DNA of 64,000 nucleotides from Candidatus Dormiibacterota bacterium (GTDB lineage Bacteria; Chloroflexota; Dormibacteria; Dormibacterales; Dormibacteraceae): contig PNAG01000028.1 in NCBI GenBank assembly GCA_003169845.1, positions 19,490 to 83,489 of the forward strand, given 5' to 3'. A program made the position numbers and the translations under genes. Below the pieces are notes generated by a model, which was not told where the DNA came from, did no database searches, and worked only from the letters and a program-made list of their open reading frames with translations. Positions 1 to 9,190 of this stretch are shown here, piece after piece (position 1 is the first letter of the stretch; each line of letters starts with the position of its first letter).

Positions 1-54
1 GCCCGAGGTACTCGATCCAGTGAAGCGCCGCGAGGACGAGATCCGGACTGCCGC

Positions 55-1098
55 TCACGATGCGGCGGCGATGATCCCCCCGCCGAGGACGCGGCTGCCC
101 GAGTACAGAACCGCGGCCTGGCCAGGCGCCGCGCCGAGGAACGGCTCGTCCAGCGACAACCGTCCGGCCCGGTACTCGCCTGGAATTGCCGCCGCGTGGT
201 AGCGAAGCCTCGCCTCGCACCTCACGGCTTCGGGAACCGACCCGTCGACGAAGGTCATGTCCCTCAACTCGATCTCGCGGACGCCAAGGTCCTCTTTGCG
301 GCCGACGACAAGCCGGTTGGCGGGCGCGTCGACTCGCAACACGTACCAGGGCCCGGCTTCGGTGAGGTCTCCGAAGCCGCTCCGCTGACCGACCGTGTAG
401 AGCGGCGTCCCGCGGTGAGTACCGAGCTCGCGCCCGCTCGAATCCACGACCGCGCCCGCGTGGACGGGAAGACGGTCGGCGAGGTAGCGGGCCGTCTGGC
501 CGCGAGGTACGAAGCAGATCTCCTGGCTCTCGGCCTTGTCCGCGACCGGCAGACCAAACTCGCGAGCGTGCTCGCGCACCTCAGGCTTGGTCATTCCGCC
601 GAGCGGGAAGAGGATGTGCCCGAGGCGTTCGCGGTCGAGGTGATAGAGCATGTAGGACTGGTCCTTGGCCGCATCCACCGCGGTGTGCAGCTCGGTCCCG
701 TTGACGATTCGCGCGTAGTGGCCGGTGGCCAGGCGGTCGAACCCGAGCGCGAGCACGCGGCCGAGCATCAGATCGAAACGCACGAAGGCGTTGCAGCGCA
801 CGCACGGGTTGGGGGTGCGACCCTCGAGGTAGTCGCGATGAAACGGTTCGATGACCCGCTCGCCGAACTCCTTCTCGAGGTTCCAGCAGTAATAAGGAAT
901 GCCAAGGAGCGAGGCGACCCGCCGCGCGTCCTCGACGGCGTTGAGCGAGCAGCACCCACCGTGTCGCGAAGCCTCCTCTGAATCGTCGCGCGGCCACTGC
1001 TGCAGCGTGACGCCGATCACCTCGTGGCCCTGCGCCTGAAGCAACGCGGCCGCAAGCGACGAGTCCACGCCACCCGACATCGCCACGGCGACTCTCAT
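55..1098 (-). CDS. mnmA: tRNA-specific 2-thiouridylase MnmA
   Basis: 347 aa ORF with an N-terminal PP-loop (AMSGGVDSS) and a conserved MnmA core. ATGA stop/start overlap with the upstream gene. Confidence 0.9.
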   Translation of the reverse strand: MRVAVAMSGGVDSSLAAALLQAQGHEVIGVTLQQWPRDDSEEASRHGGCCSLNAVEDARRVASLLGIPYYCWNLEKEFGERVIEPFHRDYLEGRTPNPCVRCNAFVRFDLMLGRVLALGFDRLATGHYARIVNGTELHTAVDAAKDQSYMLYHLDRERLGHILFPLGGMTKPEVREHAREFGLPVADKAESQEICFVPRGQTARYLADRLPVHAGAVVDSSGRELGTHRGTPLYTVGQRSGFGDLTEAGPWYVLRVDAPANRLVVGRKEDLGVREIELRDMTFVDGSVPEAVRCEARLRYHAAAIPGEYRAGRLSLDEPFLGAAPGQAAVLYSGSRVLGGGIIAAAS

Positions 1099-2312
1099 CG
1101 GCGGCCCTCAACGACGTGCCGGGCGACCACCTCGGCGTCCTCGCCTACGCCATAGAGGATCGACGACTTGTTCTTCCGCATCCAGTGCACGCCCATGAAG
1201 TACAAGCCTGGCACGGTCGAGCAGCCATCGGTCTGCACCGGGAAACCCATCTCGTCGAAGACCGGGAAGCGCACCCAACCGTAGTCCGGCCGGTAGCCGC
1301 TCGTCCAGATCACGGTTCCGATGCCATCCCGCGCAATGTCCAGCTCGGTGCGGGTCTTGATCCGGAGCGGAGGCGGCATCTCCAGCGCCGGCGGTTTGGT
1401 TCCGCTGGCCGCGCACGAGGCCTCGATGAACTTCATGAGATCCGCCAGCCTCGCATCCCCGAAATCGACGCTGGCGGCAAGGTCGTCGGCGAAATGGAGC
1501 GTCGAGCCCTCAGCGCCGGCATACCTCCCAAGCAGCTCAACACCCATCGCGTTCAGCACGCGGAAATTCAGGTCCCGCCCGCCGTCATGCCCGGTGGCCT
1601 GCGGGTTGCCAAGGAGCCTCGCCATCGGCGAGGGAAGCTTGTCCGGTGTGCGGTCCATGTAGCCCGACTCCGCCATCCACCACAGAATGTCGTGACACTC
1701 CAGCCGGCGCGGCACCCACACGCAGCGGCCGCAAGCGAGGAACACCTTGCGGCCGGAATGGTGAAGCTCTTCCGCCAGCTGGCACCCGGTCTGGCCGCTT
1801 CCGACGACGAGGACCGCACCTGCAGGCAGGGCGGCGGGATTGGCGTATTCCTCAGCGAAGAGCTGCACCACTCCGCTGGAAACTGATTCCGCGCCCGCGG
1901 GCCGGTGCGGGCGCTGGTAGGCGCCACTCGCCACCACTACATTGCGAGCCTTGATCTTGCCGGAGGCAAGCGAGAGGAGAAACCCACCGCCGTCCGCCTC
2001 CAGCTTCGTGACAGCGCTGTTTTCTTCCACAGGCGCGTTGAAAGAGTCCGCCCATGACTGGAAGTAATCGACGAGCTCGGCCAAGGACATGAACCCCTCA
2101 GGATCGGGCCCGGCGTACATCGCGCCGGGCACCTGGACCGTCCAGTTGGGGGTGACCAGGCAGAAGGAGTCCCAGCGCCGCGAGCGCCAGGTCTCGGCGA
2201 CGCGGCCGGAGTCGAGCACAACGTGGTCGATCTTGGCCTGGGTTAGGTACCAGCTGGTAGCGAGCCCGGCCTGCCCGGCACCAATGATCGCGACGTCGAC
2301 GCTGCTTTTCAT
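1095..2312 (-). CDS. FAD/NAD(P)-binding oxidoreductase (flavin monooxygenase/CzcO-like)
   Basis: Two dinucleotide-binding motifs ([11 protein letters not shown] and VVGSGQTG). Start placed at MKSS (2312); the longest ORF runs to 2381. Confidence 0.7.
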   Translation of the reverse strand: MKSSVDVAIIGAGQAGLATSWYLTQAKIDHVVLDSGRVAETWRSRRWDSFCLVTPNWTVQVPGAMYAGPDPEGFMSLAELVDYFQSWADSFNAPVEENSAVTKLEADGGGFLLSLASGKIKARNVVVASGAYQRPHRPAGAESVSSGVVQLFAEEYANPAALPAGAVLVVGSGQTGCQLAEELHHSGRKVFLACGRCVWVPRRLECHDILWWMAESGYMDRTPDKLPSPMARLLGNPQATGHDGGRDLNFRVLNAMGVELLGRYAGAEGSTLHFADDLAASVDFGDARLADLMKFIEASCAASGTKPPALEMPPPLRIKTRTELDIARDGIGTVIWTSGYRPDYGWVRFPVFDEMGFPVQTDGCSTVPGLYFMGVHWMRKNKSSILYGVGEDAEVVARHVVEGRR

Positions 2313-2408
2313 GCCGGCGGCAATCGTAATGGGAGCCAAGCTCCCAGCCAGTGAAGCTGAGCGACGTCCAGGCCGGCGCACGCCTCCACATAAGACGGCG
2401 TTAGAGCG

Positions 2409-2648
2409 CTATTCGACCAGGTCGCCCTCGGCCGGCTCCACCTTCACCCCTCGCGACTCGAGGTAGGCCACACCACGATCGAGCTCCTCGGCCTCGCCCG
2501 TGATCTCGAGCAGCACCCAGCCCTGGTCGCGTGTGACATCGGCGCGCCGGATGTTGGTCACCAGCGCGAACTGCTTGCCGAGCTGGTAAATGACCGGTTC
2601 CTTGACCATGGCGGAACCAAAGATCAGCTTCAAACGCCTCCGCCCCAT
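2409..2648 (-). CDS. NIL-domain protein (MetN C-terminal-like small ligand-binding domain)
   Basis: 79 aa. The pattern EPVIYQLGKQFALVTNIRRADV..GWVLLEITG..LDRGVAYLESRGVKVE matches stand-alone NIL/ferredoxin-like folds. Confidence 0.6.
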   Translation of the reverse strand: MGRRRLKLIFGSAMVKEPVIYQLGKQFALVTNIRRADVTRDQGWVLLEITGEAEELDRGVAYLESRGVKVEPAEGDLVE

Positions 2649-2658
2649 AAAGCGGAGT

Positions 2659-2940
2659 CTAAGCCCGGCGACCCCCGGCCACTGCCGGCACGATCGAGAT
2701 CTCGTCCTTCTCGTGAACCTTCACCGCCAGGCCCGCACCGAGCCGCACGTCCTCGTCGTTCAGGTACACGTTGACAAACTGACGCAGCTCGCCATTTTCA
2801 TCGAGCAGGCGGTCCTTGAAGCCCGGGTAGCGGGCGTCGAGTGCGTCGATGGCGTTGGCAAGGTCGGTCGCTTCGACATCGACCGTGGTCTGGCCATCCG
2901 ACAGACGGCGCAGCGGACCAGGGATTCGAAATTGCGGCAT
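2659..2940 (-). CDS. MoaD/ThiS-family sulfur-carrier protein with a C-terminal GG followed by RRA
   Basis: 93 aa beta-grasp pattern (..VNVYLNDEDV....EKDEISIVPAVAGG-RRA). The start abuts the thrC-like stop (TAAATG). Confidence 0.7.
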   Translation of the reverse strand: MPQFRIPGPLRRLSDGQTTVDVEATDLANAIDALDARYPGFKDRLLDENGELRQFVNVYLNDEDVRLGAGLAVKVHEKDEISIVPAVAGGRRA

Positions 2941-4179
2941 TTAGATTTTCACCACTTCGCGAAACGACTTTAACGTGGGTTCTATTTCCACGCGGCGCGA
3001 ATGACCGTTGGCCGTGGCGAGCACATCTGCCGTCTTCAGGCCGTGCCCGGTGACATAGGCGACCACGACCTCGTCGCCATTCCAGCGTCCCGCCCTGGCC
3101 AGCTTGGCCAGCACACTGATGGTCACCCCGCCGGCGGTCTCCGTGAAGATTCCCTCGGTGCGGGCGAGCAGCCGGATGCCCGCGACGATCTCCTCCTCGG
3201 TGACCGCCTCGACCACGCCACCCGTCTCCAGGGCGATCCGGTTCACGTACATGCCGTCAGACGGGTTGCCGATCGCGATCGAGCGGGCGATGGTGTTCGG
3301 CTTGACCGGCAGCACCCGCTCGGGCGTGTCGGACTTGAACGCGTTGTAGACCGGGGCGCAGCCAAGCGCCTGGGCGCCGGTGAACTTTGGAACACGGTCT
3401 TCGCGGACCAGCCCGTACTCCACCAACTCCCTCGCGGCCTGGCGGTGCCGCACGAACTGGCAGCCGCTGGCGATCGGAATGATGATCTCGTCCGGCAGCT
3501 TCCACCCGAGCTGCTCCGCGGTCTCGAACGTCAGGGTCTTGGAGCCTTCGGCGTAGAAGGGCCTGATGTTGATGTTGCAGAACGCCCAGGGAGTCGACTC
3601 GACGAGCTGGCTGCACAACCGGTTGACCTCGTCGTAGTTGCCCCGCACCGCGACCACGTTGGGGTCGAAGACGCCAATGCTCACGACTTTCGCCGGCTCG
3701 AGGTCCACCGGGATGAACACAAAGCATTCGAGCCCTGCGCGCGCCGCATAAGCCGCGACCGCGTTGGCGAGGTTTCCAGTGGACGCGCACGCGATCGTCT
3801 CGAAGCCATGGGCGCGAGCCCAGCTGATGGCGACCGAGACCACCCGGTCCTTGAAGGAGTTGGTCGGGTTCATGCTGTCGTTTTTCAGGTAGAGGTTTCG
3901 CAGGCCGAGCTCGGCGCCCAGCCGCTCCGCCTTGACCAGAGGCGTCATGCCCTCGCCAAGCGTCACCACCGGCACCGAATCCTCGACGGGAAGCAGGTCA
4001 CGGTATCGCCACATCGACTTGGGCCCTTTCTCGATCCGGTCCCGGCTGACGACCTTCTTCAGCGCCGCCTGGTCGTAAACGACGTCAAGCGGCCCAAAGC
4101 ACATCTCGCAGACATGCGTCGCCTGCAACTCATATTCGGCGCCGCACTCGCGGCAACGCATCCCGAGAAGTTTGGACAC
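2941..4179 (-). CDS. thrC: Threonine synthase family PLP enzyme with N-terminal Cys4 zinc ribbon
   Basis: 412 aa with CRECG..CEMC ribbon, PLP-lysine motif NPTNSFKDR, and fold-type II PLP core. Confidence 0.85.
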   Translation of the reverse strand: MSKLLGMRCRECGAEYELQATHVCEMCFGPLDVVYDQAALKKVVSRDRIEKGPKSMWRYRDLLPVEDSVPVVTLGEGMTPLVKAERLGAELGLRNLYLKNDSMNPTNSFKDRVVSVAISWARAHGFETIACASTGNLANAVAAYAARAGLECFVFIPVDLEPAKVVSIGVFDPNVVAVRGNYDEVNRLCSQLVESTPWAFCNINIRPFYAEGSKTLTFETAEQLGWKLPDEIIIPIASGCQFVRHRQAARELVEYGLVREDRVPKFTGAQALGCAPVYNAFKSDTPERVLPVKPNTIARSIAIGNPSDGMYVNRIALETGGVVEAVTEEEIVAGIRLLARTEGIFTETAGGVTISVLAKLARAGRWNGDEVVVAYVTGHGLKTADVLATANGHSRRVEIEPTLKSFREVVKI

Positions 4180-4211
4180 GAGCCTCAGTTTAGGACGGGG
4201 GCTCTTGGTAG

Positions 4212-5369
4212 TTAGTCCGGTCCGCGAGCCACCGCTCCGAATGTGACCATCGGCGGGATGGTCAGCATGCGGCCGTCATCGGCACGAACGATCTGCCAGT
4301 TGCCCTCGTGCACCATCCAGTGATGCCGGTAGCAAAGCAAAGTCAGGTTGGGCGGTTCATTGGTTCCGCCATGGATCCAGTGCCGGATGTGGTGTCCCGA
4401 GGCCCAGCTCGCCGGGCGCTCACAGCCCGGCCAGGTACAGCCCCGGTCACGGACATTGAGCGCCTTGCGCGCCGGTCCCGAGATCGTCCGCTTGGCCCGC
4501 CCGACATCGATCACCACCGACCTGGAGTCGAGAATGATGCGAGTGACCGAGGCGTCGCAGGCCAGCCGCTCCACGGTCTTGGAGGAGACAGGCATAGAGG
4601 AGAACTCCATGTCCGCCGCCGGCGCGCCAGGGAGTCCGAGCAGAGTCTCGAGGGAGGCGGTGACCTGGAGATGAGTGCGCTGCGATCCCTGCTGTGGGAT
4701 CAGCCCGGAGTCAAGTGCGTGCAGGGAGAGATCGACCAGGGCATCTGCCATCCGCTTCTCCCGACACCGATCGTCGTGCTTACCTGAGCGGCGCACCAGC
4801 GGCTCCAGCGCGGTCCGGATCGAAGCCCCGCCGACGGGATCGAAAACGCCATTGATCCAGACCGCCCCATCCTCGCCGGTGCTGATCCAGAGCTTGCGGT
4901 TCTCCACCAGGTCCGCCTGCTCGGCCTCGTAACCCTTGCGGTCGGCGGAGTGCCGGTAGTGGTTGCAGAGGTAATAGAACTTGCCCGGCGAGTTCTCCCG
5001 CGCCTTGGCGAGCAGCAAAGCCTCATCGAATTTGCTCCCCACGGCTCTCGCCGTCCTGGCCACCGCCTTCAGATGAGCAAAGCCGATCTCGCCACTGGAA
5101 ACCGCCTGGGTGCTTTCCGGCACCCGCTCCAGGCTTTCACCGACCGCGATCAGGTCGGCGGCGGCAGTGCTGGTCTGGTGGCAGTTGAAGCGAATCCAGT
5201 CGATCGGGCTGGCGTAGCCCCATTTGTCGTACTCATCGGTGGCGGCAAAGCGAGCCGCCACGCGGGAAGCGCGGATGAGCAACAGATCCACCTGATGAAG
5301 CAGCTGCTCGAGCTCTTCACCGGCCTCCGCACCGGGCGTTCGAGGCTGCACGTCTTGCGTCGCGAGCAT
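4212..5369 (-). CDS. DUF222-type HNH endonuclease (13E12-repeat-like family), paralog 1
   Basis: 385 aa. C-terminal HNH/Zn motif CTWPGCERP..HHIRHW..GG.T...NLTLLCYRHHWMVHEG; N-terminal DUF222-like helical region. Confidence 0.8.
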   Translation of the reverse strand: MLATQDVQPRTPGAEAGEELEQLLHQVDLLLIRASRVAARFAATDEYDKWGYASPIDWIRFNCHQTSTAAADLIAVGESLERVPESTQAVSSGEIGFAHLKAVARTARAVGSKFDEALLLAKARENSPGKFYYLCNHYRHSADRKGYEAEQADLVENRKLWISTGEDGAVWINGVFDPVGGASIRTALEPLVRRSGKHDDRCREKRMADALVDLSLHALDSGLIPQQGSQRTHLQVTASLETLLGLPGAPAADMEFSSMPVSSKTVERLACDASVTRIILDSRSVVIDVGRAKRTISGPARKALNVRDRGCTWPGCERPASWASGHHIRHWIHGGTNEPPNLTLLCYRHHWMVHEGNWQIVRADDGRMLTIPPMVTFGAVARGPD

Positions 5370-5375
5370 GAAGAC

Positions 5376-5404
5376 AGACTACCAAACAAACGTTCGATAG
5401 TCAA
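5376..5404 (-). promoter_or_regulatory. Putative promoter with embedded SOS-box-like site for HNH paralog 1
   Basis: Minus strand reads TTGACT-17 nt-TAGTCT-6 nt-ATG. The spacer contains CGAACGTTTGTTTGG (GAAC-N4-GTTT at 5384-5395). Confidence 0.5.
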
Positions 5405-5511
5405 TAGATTTGATCGTAAAAATGGCAAAAACGCACCCCTTTCTCCGACCAACCTCCCACCCTCCTGACCACCGCCCCCGAAACCCCTTTTCCGAGTCCC
5501 TTTCTAGCCCC

Positions 5512-6255
5512 CTAACGCCGCCCGTCCCGAACCTCCACCCACCACTCCAACCTCTCCCCCGCCCCAAGCAGCGGCGCCGGCTCCGAAGAATCCGGCCGGT
5601 CACCCCCGCCCGTCGCCGGCTCGACCGCCACCTGCTGGTACCCGCCCAGGTCCCCGTTGCACACCCACACCCCGACGTACGGAGTCACCGAAGCGTCCCA
5701 CGCGAACTCGATCGCGGCTCCCGACCGCCAGCTCAGCCGCACCCGATCAATCGAGCCGGGCGGCAGAAAAACCTTCGTGCTCGTCCCGTCCGCCAGCTGC
5801 GCGAGCGCGACACCGCCCGGCACCCCGATCTCCATCCCACTCTCGAACCTGAAAAGCGGATGGGCGCACCAATACGCATGAAGCGGCTGATGACCCCGGT
5901 TCGTGTAGACGTACGAGACCCGGACACGGTCTTCAAAAAGCTCGAGACGCCGCGACAGCTCCCATGGCACGAGCCGTCCCGCGCAGCTCATCACGACCGA
6001 GCTCGAGGTCGCAGCCCCCACCGCCCACGGCGCCCTCCACGCCTCCCCGTGATCGGGAAGCGATTCCGTCGCATCGACGGTCGGAACCATCTCGTCCCAT
6101 CCCCACGCCCCACCCTCGACGAACCCAACAGCCTGCGGATCGTCGACCCCAATCCCCTGCTCGAGCAGCTCCTCGCCGGCCAATCGCAACGAGGTGATCC
6201 GCCCACCCCGCTCGGGCCGGACCTCGAGCTCCCAGGAACCTCCGAGCAACTTCAA
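5512..6255 (-). CDS. Aldose 1-epimerase/galactose mutarotase-like protein
   Basis: The pattern GGRITSL..GEELL...WGWDEMVPTVD...HGE.W and HAYWCAHPLF resembles the mutarotase-like fold. Start is uncertain: TTG at 6255 was chosen to avoid overlap with the divergent gene, and the longest ORF runs to 6363. Confidence 0.5.
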   Translation of the reverse strand: MKLLGGSWELEVRPERGGRITSLRLAGEELLEQGIGVDDPQAVGFVEGGAWGWDEMVPTVDATESLPDHGEAWRAPWAVGAATSSSVVMSCAGRLVPWELSRRLELFEDRVRVSYVYTNRGHQPLHAYWCAHPLFRFESGMEIGVPGGVALAQLADGTSTKVFLPPGSIDRVRLSWRSGAAIEFAWDASVTPYVGVWVCNGDLGGYQQVAVEPATGGGDRPDSSEPAPLLGAGERLEWWVEVRDGRR

Positions 6256-6282
6256 GGCGCGTGGATCGTAGGCTCTGAGAGG

Positions 6283-7194
6283 ATGCGGTTGGTTGCCCTC
6301 GTCATGTCCGCTTGCCTTCTCGCCGCCTGCGCGCCCAAGGCCACGGCCCAAGCACCGAACCACACCCCCAGCCCGAGCCCGCTTCCCACCCCGATCGCCA
6401 GCCCCACTCCCGACCCATCACCGGCCGCGACGCCCGCCCACGTCTTCCTGATCATCATGGAGAACCGCAGCTACAGCCAGGCCATCTCCAGCGGCTACGT
6501 GTCCCAGCTGGCTGCCCAGTACGCGATCGCCACCGACTACCACGGCGTCTCTCATCCGAGCCTGCCCAACTACCTGGCCCTCACCTCGGGCACGACCTGG
6601 GGCATCGCCGATGACCTCTTTCACGCACTGCCCGCCGGCGGCCTCGGCGCGCAGCTGACCACCGCCGGAATCGATTGGCGCGCCTACATGGAGGGCATGA
6701 CCAAGGGGTGCTTCAACAGCCCGTACCCCTACGCGTTGAAGCACAACCCGTTCGCGTACTACGGAAGCGCCTGCCCGTCGCAGATCGTCCCCTTCACGCG
6801 GTTCGCGACCGACATGGCAGGCACCGCGCCGCAGTTCGCGTGGATCACGCCGGACCTCTGTCATGACGGCCACGACTGCTCGAGCACCATCGCCGACGCG
6901 TGGCTTTCCCAGACTGTGCCGACCATCCTCAACTCCACCGCATGGCAGGACAACGGGATGCTGGTCATCACCTGGGACGAAGGCGAGGACAGCGCCAATT
7001 CCGTCCTCACCCTGATCATCCGTCCCAACCCCATCGTGCACCGCAGCTCCAAGCCCTACGACCACTACTCGCTGCTCGCGACGATCGAGGACCAGCTGGG
7101 GGTCGCGAGGCTCGGCCAGGCGGCGCAAGCCACCCCGATGACCGACCTGATGGCAACCCAGGCGCCGGCGCCCCTCCGAAGCAAGAGTTCCTAA
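6283..7194 (+). CDS. Secreted phosphoesterase-family lipoprotein (acid phosphatase/phospholipase C-like)
   Basis: Start at MRLVALVMSACLLAAC (lipobox), followed by a Pro/Ser/Thr linker, then IIMENRSY and HPSLPNYLAL motifs. The upstream 291 codons of ORF 5410..7194 look non-coding. Confidence 0.7.
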   Translation: MRLVALVMSACLLAACAPKATAQAPNHTPSPSPLPTPIASPTPDPSPAATPAHVFLIIMENRSYSQAISSGYVSQLAAQYAIATDYHGVSHPSLPNYLALTSGTTWGIADDLFHALPAGGLGAQLTTAGIDWRAYMEGMTKGCFNSPYPYALKHNPFAYYGSACPSQIVPFTRFATDMAGTAPQFAWITPDLCHDGHDCSSTIADAWLSQTVPTILNSTAWQDNGMLVITWDEGEDSANSVLTLIIRPNPIVHRSSKPYDHYSLLATIEDQLGVARLGQAAQATPMTDLMATQAPAPLRSKSS

Positions 7195-8294
7195 GCGGTG
7201 ACCGTCTGCTTCCAGTGCGTGATCGAGTCGAGGAACTCGAGGTCGACCTCGACGCCAAGCCCTGGTCCGGCCGGCACGTCCAACCGGCCCTCGCGAAGGA
7301 CAAAAGCCGCGGTGATGTCGCGGTGGTAGTAGCGGTCAGACGCCGAGGTGTCGCCGGGTAGGGTGAAGTTCGGCATCGCGGCCATCGCCACGTTGCCGGC
7401 GCGGCCGATCCCCGTCTCCAGCATCCCGCCCATCCACACGGGCAACCCGTACTCGGCGCAGAGATCGTGGATCCGGCGAGCCTCCAGGTAGCCCCCGACG
7501 CGGCCCGGTTTGATGTTGATGATCCGGCACGCCCCGAGCTGGATCGCGTCCGCCGCCGCCTGCGCCGAGGTGATCGACTCGTCGAGGCAGATCGGCGTCC
7601 GCACCAGGGTCGCCAGCTCAGCATGAGCGAGCACTTGCTCCTCGGGGAGCGGCTGTTCGATCAGCAGCAGGTCGAACGGGTCCAGCTCCGCGAGATGGGC
7701 GGCGTCCGACAGCGAGTAAGCCGTGTTGGCGTCCACCTGCAGGGGCACGCTGCCGAACCGCTCGCGCACCGCCCGCACCGGCTCCACGTCCCAGCCCGGC
7801 TTGATCTTCAGCTTGATCCGCCGGTAGCCCTGTTCGACGTAGTCGCCCACCGTCTCCAGCAGCTCCGGGATCGACTTGTGGATGCCGACCGAGACGCCAG
7901 AGTCGACGGCGGGGCGCACCGCGCCGAAGTACGCGGCGAACGATTCGCCTCGGGCGCGCAGCTGCGCGTCGAGGATCGCCATCTCGATCGCGGACTTCGC
8001 CATCTGGTGCCCGTGCACCGGCCGCAGCAGCCGCCCCACGTCCTCGGCCTCGATGCGCGCTTGGTCCATCAGCCGCGGGAGCAGGTGATGGACCAGGACG
8101 TGCTGGCAGCCGTCCACGTACTCCGACGAGTAGGTCGGTTCTTCGCCCGCCACGCACTCACCCCAACCCTCGCCGCCAGTGGTGATCGCCTTCAACAACA
8201 GGATGTCGCGCTCGGTCTGCACGCCGAACGAGGTCTCGAAAGGCGCGACCAGCGACAGGTGGATGCGGCGCATCTCGACCGCGCGAAGCTTCAT
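7191..8294 (-). CDS. Enolase-superfamily o-succinylbenzoate synthase / N-succinylamino-acid racemase
   Basis: 367 aa with a KLKIKPGWD (KxK) motif and the metal-ligand D/E/D spacing typical of the MenC/NSAR subgroup. ATGA overlap with the upstream gene. Confidence 0.8.
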   Translation of the reverse strand: MKLRAVEMRRIHLSLVAPFETSFGVQTERDILLLKAITTGGEGWGECVAGEEPTYSSEYVDGCQHVLVHHLLPRLMDQARIEAEDVGRLLRPVHGHQMAKSAIEMAILDAQLRARGESFAAYFGAVRPAVDSGVSVGIHKSIPELLETVGDYVEQGYRRIKLKIKPGWDVEPVRAVRERFGSVPLQVDANTAYSLSDAAHLAELDPFDLLLIEQPLPEEQVLAHAELATLVRTPICLDESITSAQAAADAIQLGACRIINIKPGRVGGYLEARRIHDLCAEYGLPVWMGGMLETGIGRAGNVAMAAMPNFTLPGDTSASDRYYHRDITAAFVLREGRLDVPAGPGLGVEVDLEFLDSITHWKQTVTA

Positions 8295-9190
8295 GCGCTG
8301 AGGCTGTCCAGCCGCGCTGACTCTTCTTCCGACAGCGCGATATCAGCCGCTGCGGCGTTCTCCTCCAGCTGTCGCACGCTCGACGCGCCCGGGATAGCCA
8401 CTACGTTCGGCTTGCGGATCAGCCACGCCAGGGACACTTGCGCCGGCGTCGCACCATGCCGCGCGCCGATCTCCCGAAGGGCGGCGATCAGCGGCGCAAG
8501 ACGAGCTCGGTTTGCGGCGCTGAAGCTGCCGCGCCTGCGCCTCACCAGGTTGCTCGGCGCCGAATCCTGATACTTGCCCGAAAGCAATCCCTGCCCAAGC
8601 GGGCTGTACGCGATGATCACCCTTCCGTTCTGCTGCGCCCACGGCAGCAGCTCACGCTCCGGCCCGCGATGGACCAGGTTAAAGAGAACCTGGTTGGAGA
8701 GGACCGGACGCCCCAACGCCTCCTCCGCCTTCTTCCACGCGCCCAGGTCGTGATTGCTGACGCCCACGTGCGCGACCATCCCCCGTTCGATGAGACGTCT
8801 CATGCGGGGCATGGTGGCGCGCGGCGGGAACAGCGGACTCGGCCAGTGAAGCTGGTAGAGGTCGATGAGCTCGACGCCGAGCCGCCGCGCACTCCGGCGT
8901 GCGCGCCACTCCGTCATGAACGGAAGGCCGACCGGAAAGATCTTGGTGGCGATGAACACCTCCGACCGGTGGCCTAGGATCGCTTCGCCGACGATGCGCT
9001 CCGAGCGTCCGAACCCGTAGAACTCGGCGGTATCGACCAGGTTTATGCCCAGCTCGAGGGCGCGCCGCACGATATTGCCGGCCTCGGTGCGGTTGTACTC
9101 GGCCCCGTAACCCCATTCGGTCGAACCGAACTGCCAGGTGCCAACCCCGATCGCGGAGAGCCTGACACCACCGACCTCAACGTACTTCAT
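8291..9190 (-). CDS. Aldo/keto reductase
   Basis: AKR pattern (GVGTWQFG, DTAEFYG, hydrophobic IATK, LYQLHWP). Start at MKYVEV gives an ATGA overlap with the upstream gene. Confidence 0.85.
   Translation of the reverse strand: MKYVEVGGVRLSAIGVGTWQFGSTEWGYGAEYNRTEAGNIVRRALELGINLVDTAEFYGFGRSERIVGEAILGHRSEVFIATKIFPVGLPFMTEWRARRSARRLGVELIDLYQLHWPSPLFPPRATMPRMRRLIERGMVAHVGVSNHDLGAWKKAEEALGRPVLSNQVLFNLVHRGPERELLPWAQQNGRVIIAYSPLGQGLLSGKYQDSAPSNLVRRRRGSFSAANRARLAPLIAALREIGARHGATPAQVSLAWLIRKPNVVAIPGASSVRQLEENAAAADIALSEEESARLDSLSA

Noticed and set aside
5410-6282. The N-terminal 291 codons of the 594 aa ORF 5410..7194 (a Pro/Arg-rich sequence), treated as part of the phosphoesterase.
   Set aside because: This region is antisense to the mutarotase-like gene and has no motifs. 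A clean lipoprotein signal peptide (MRLVALVMSACLLAAC) starts at 6283, so the real gene is 6283..7194.
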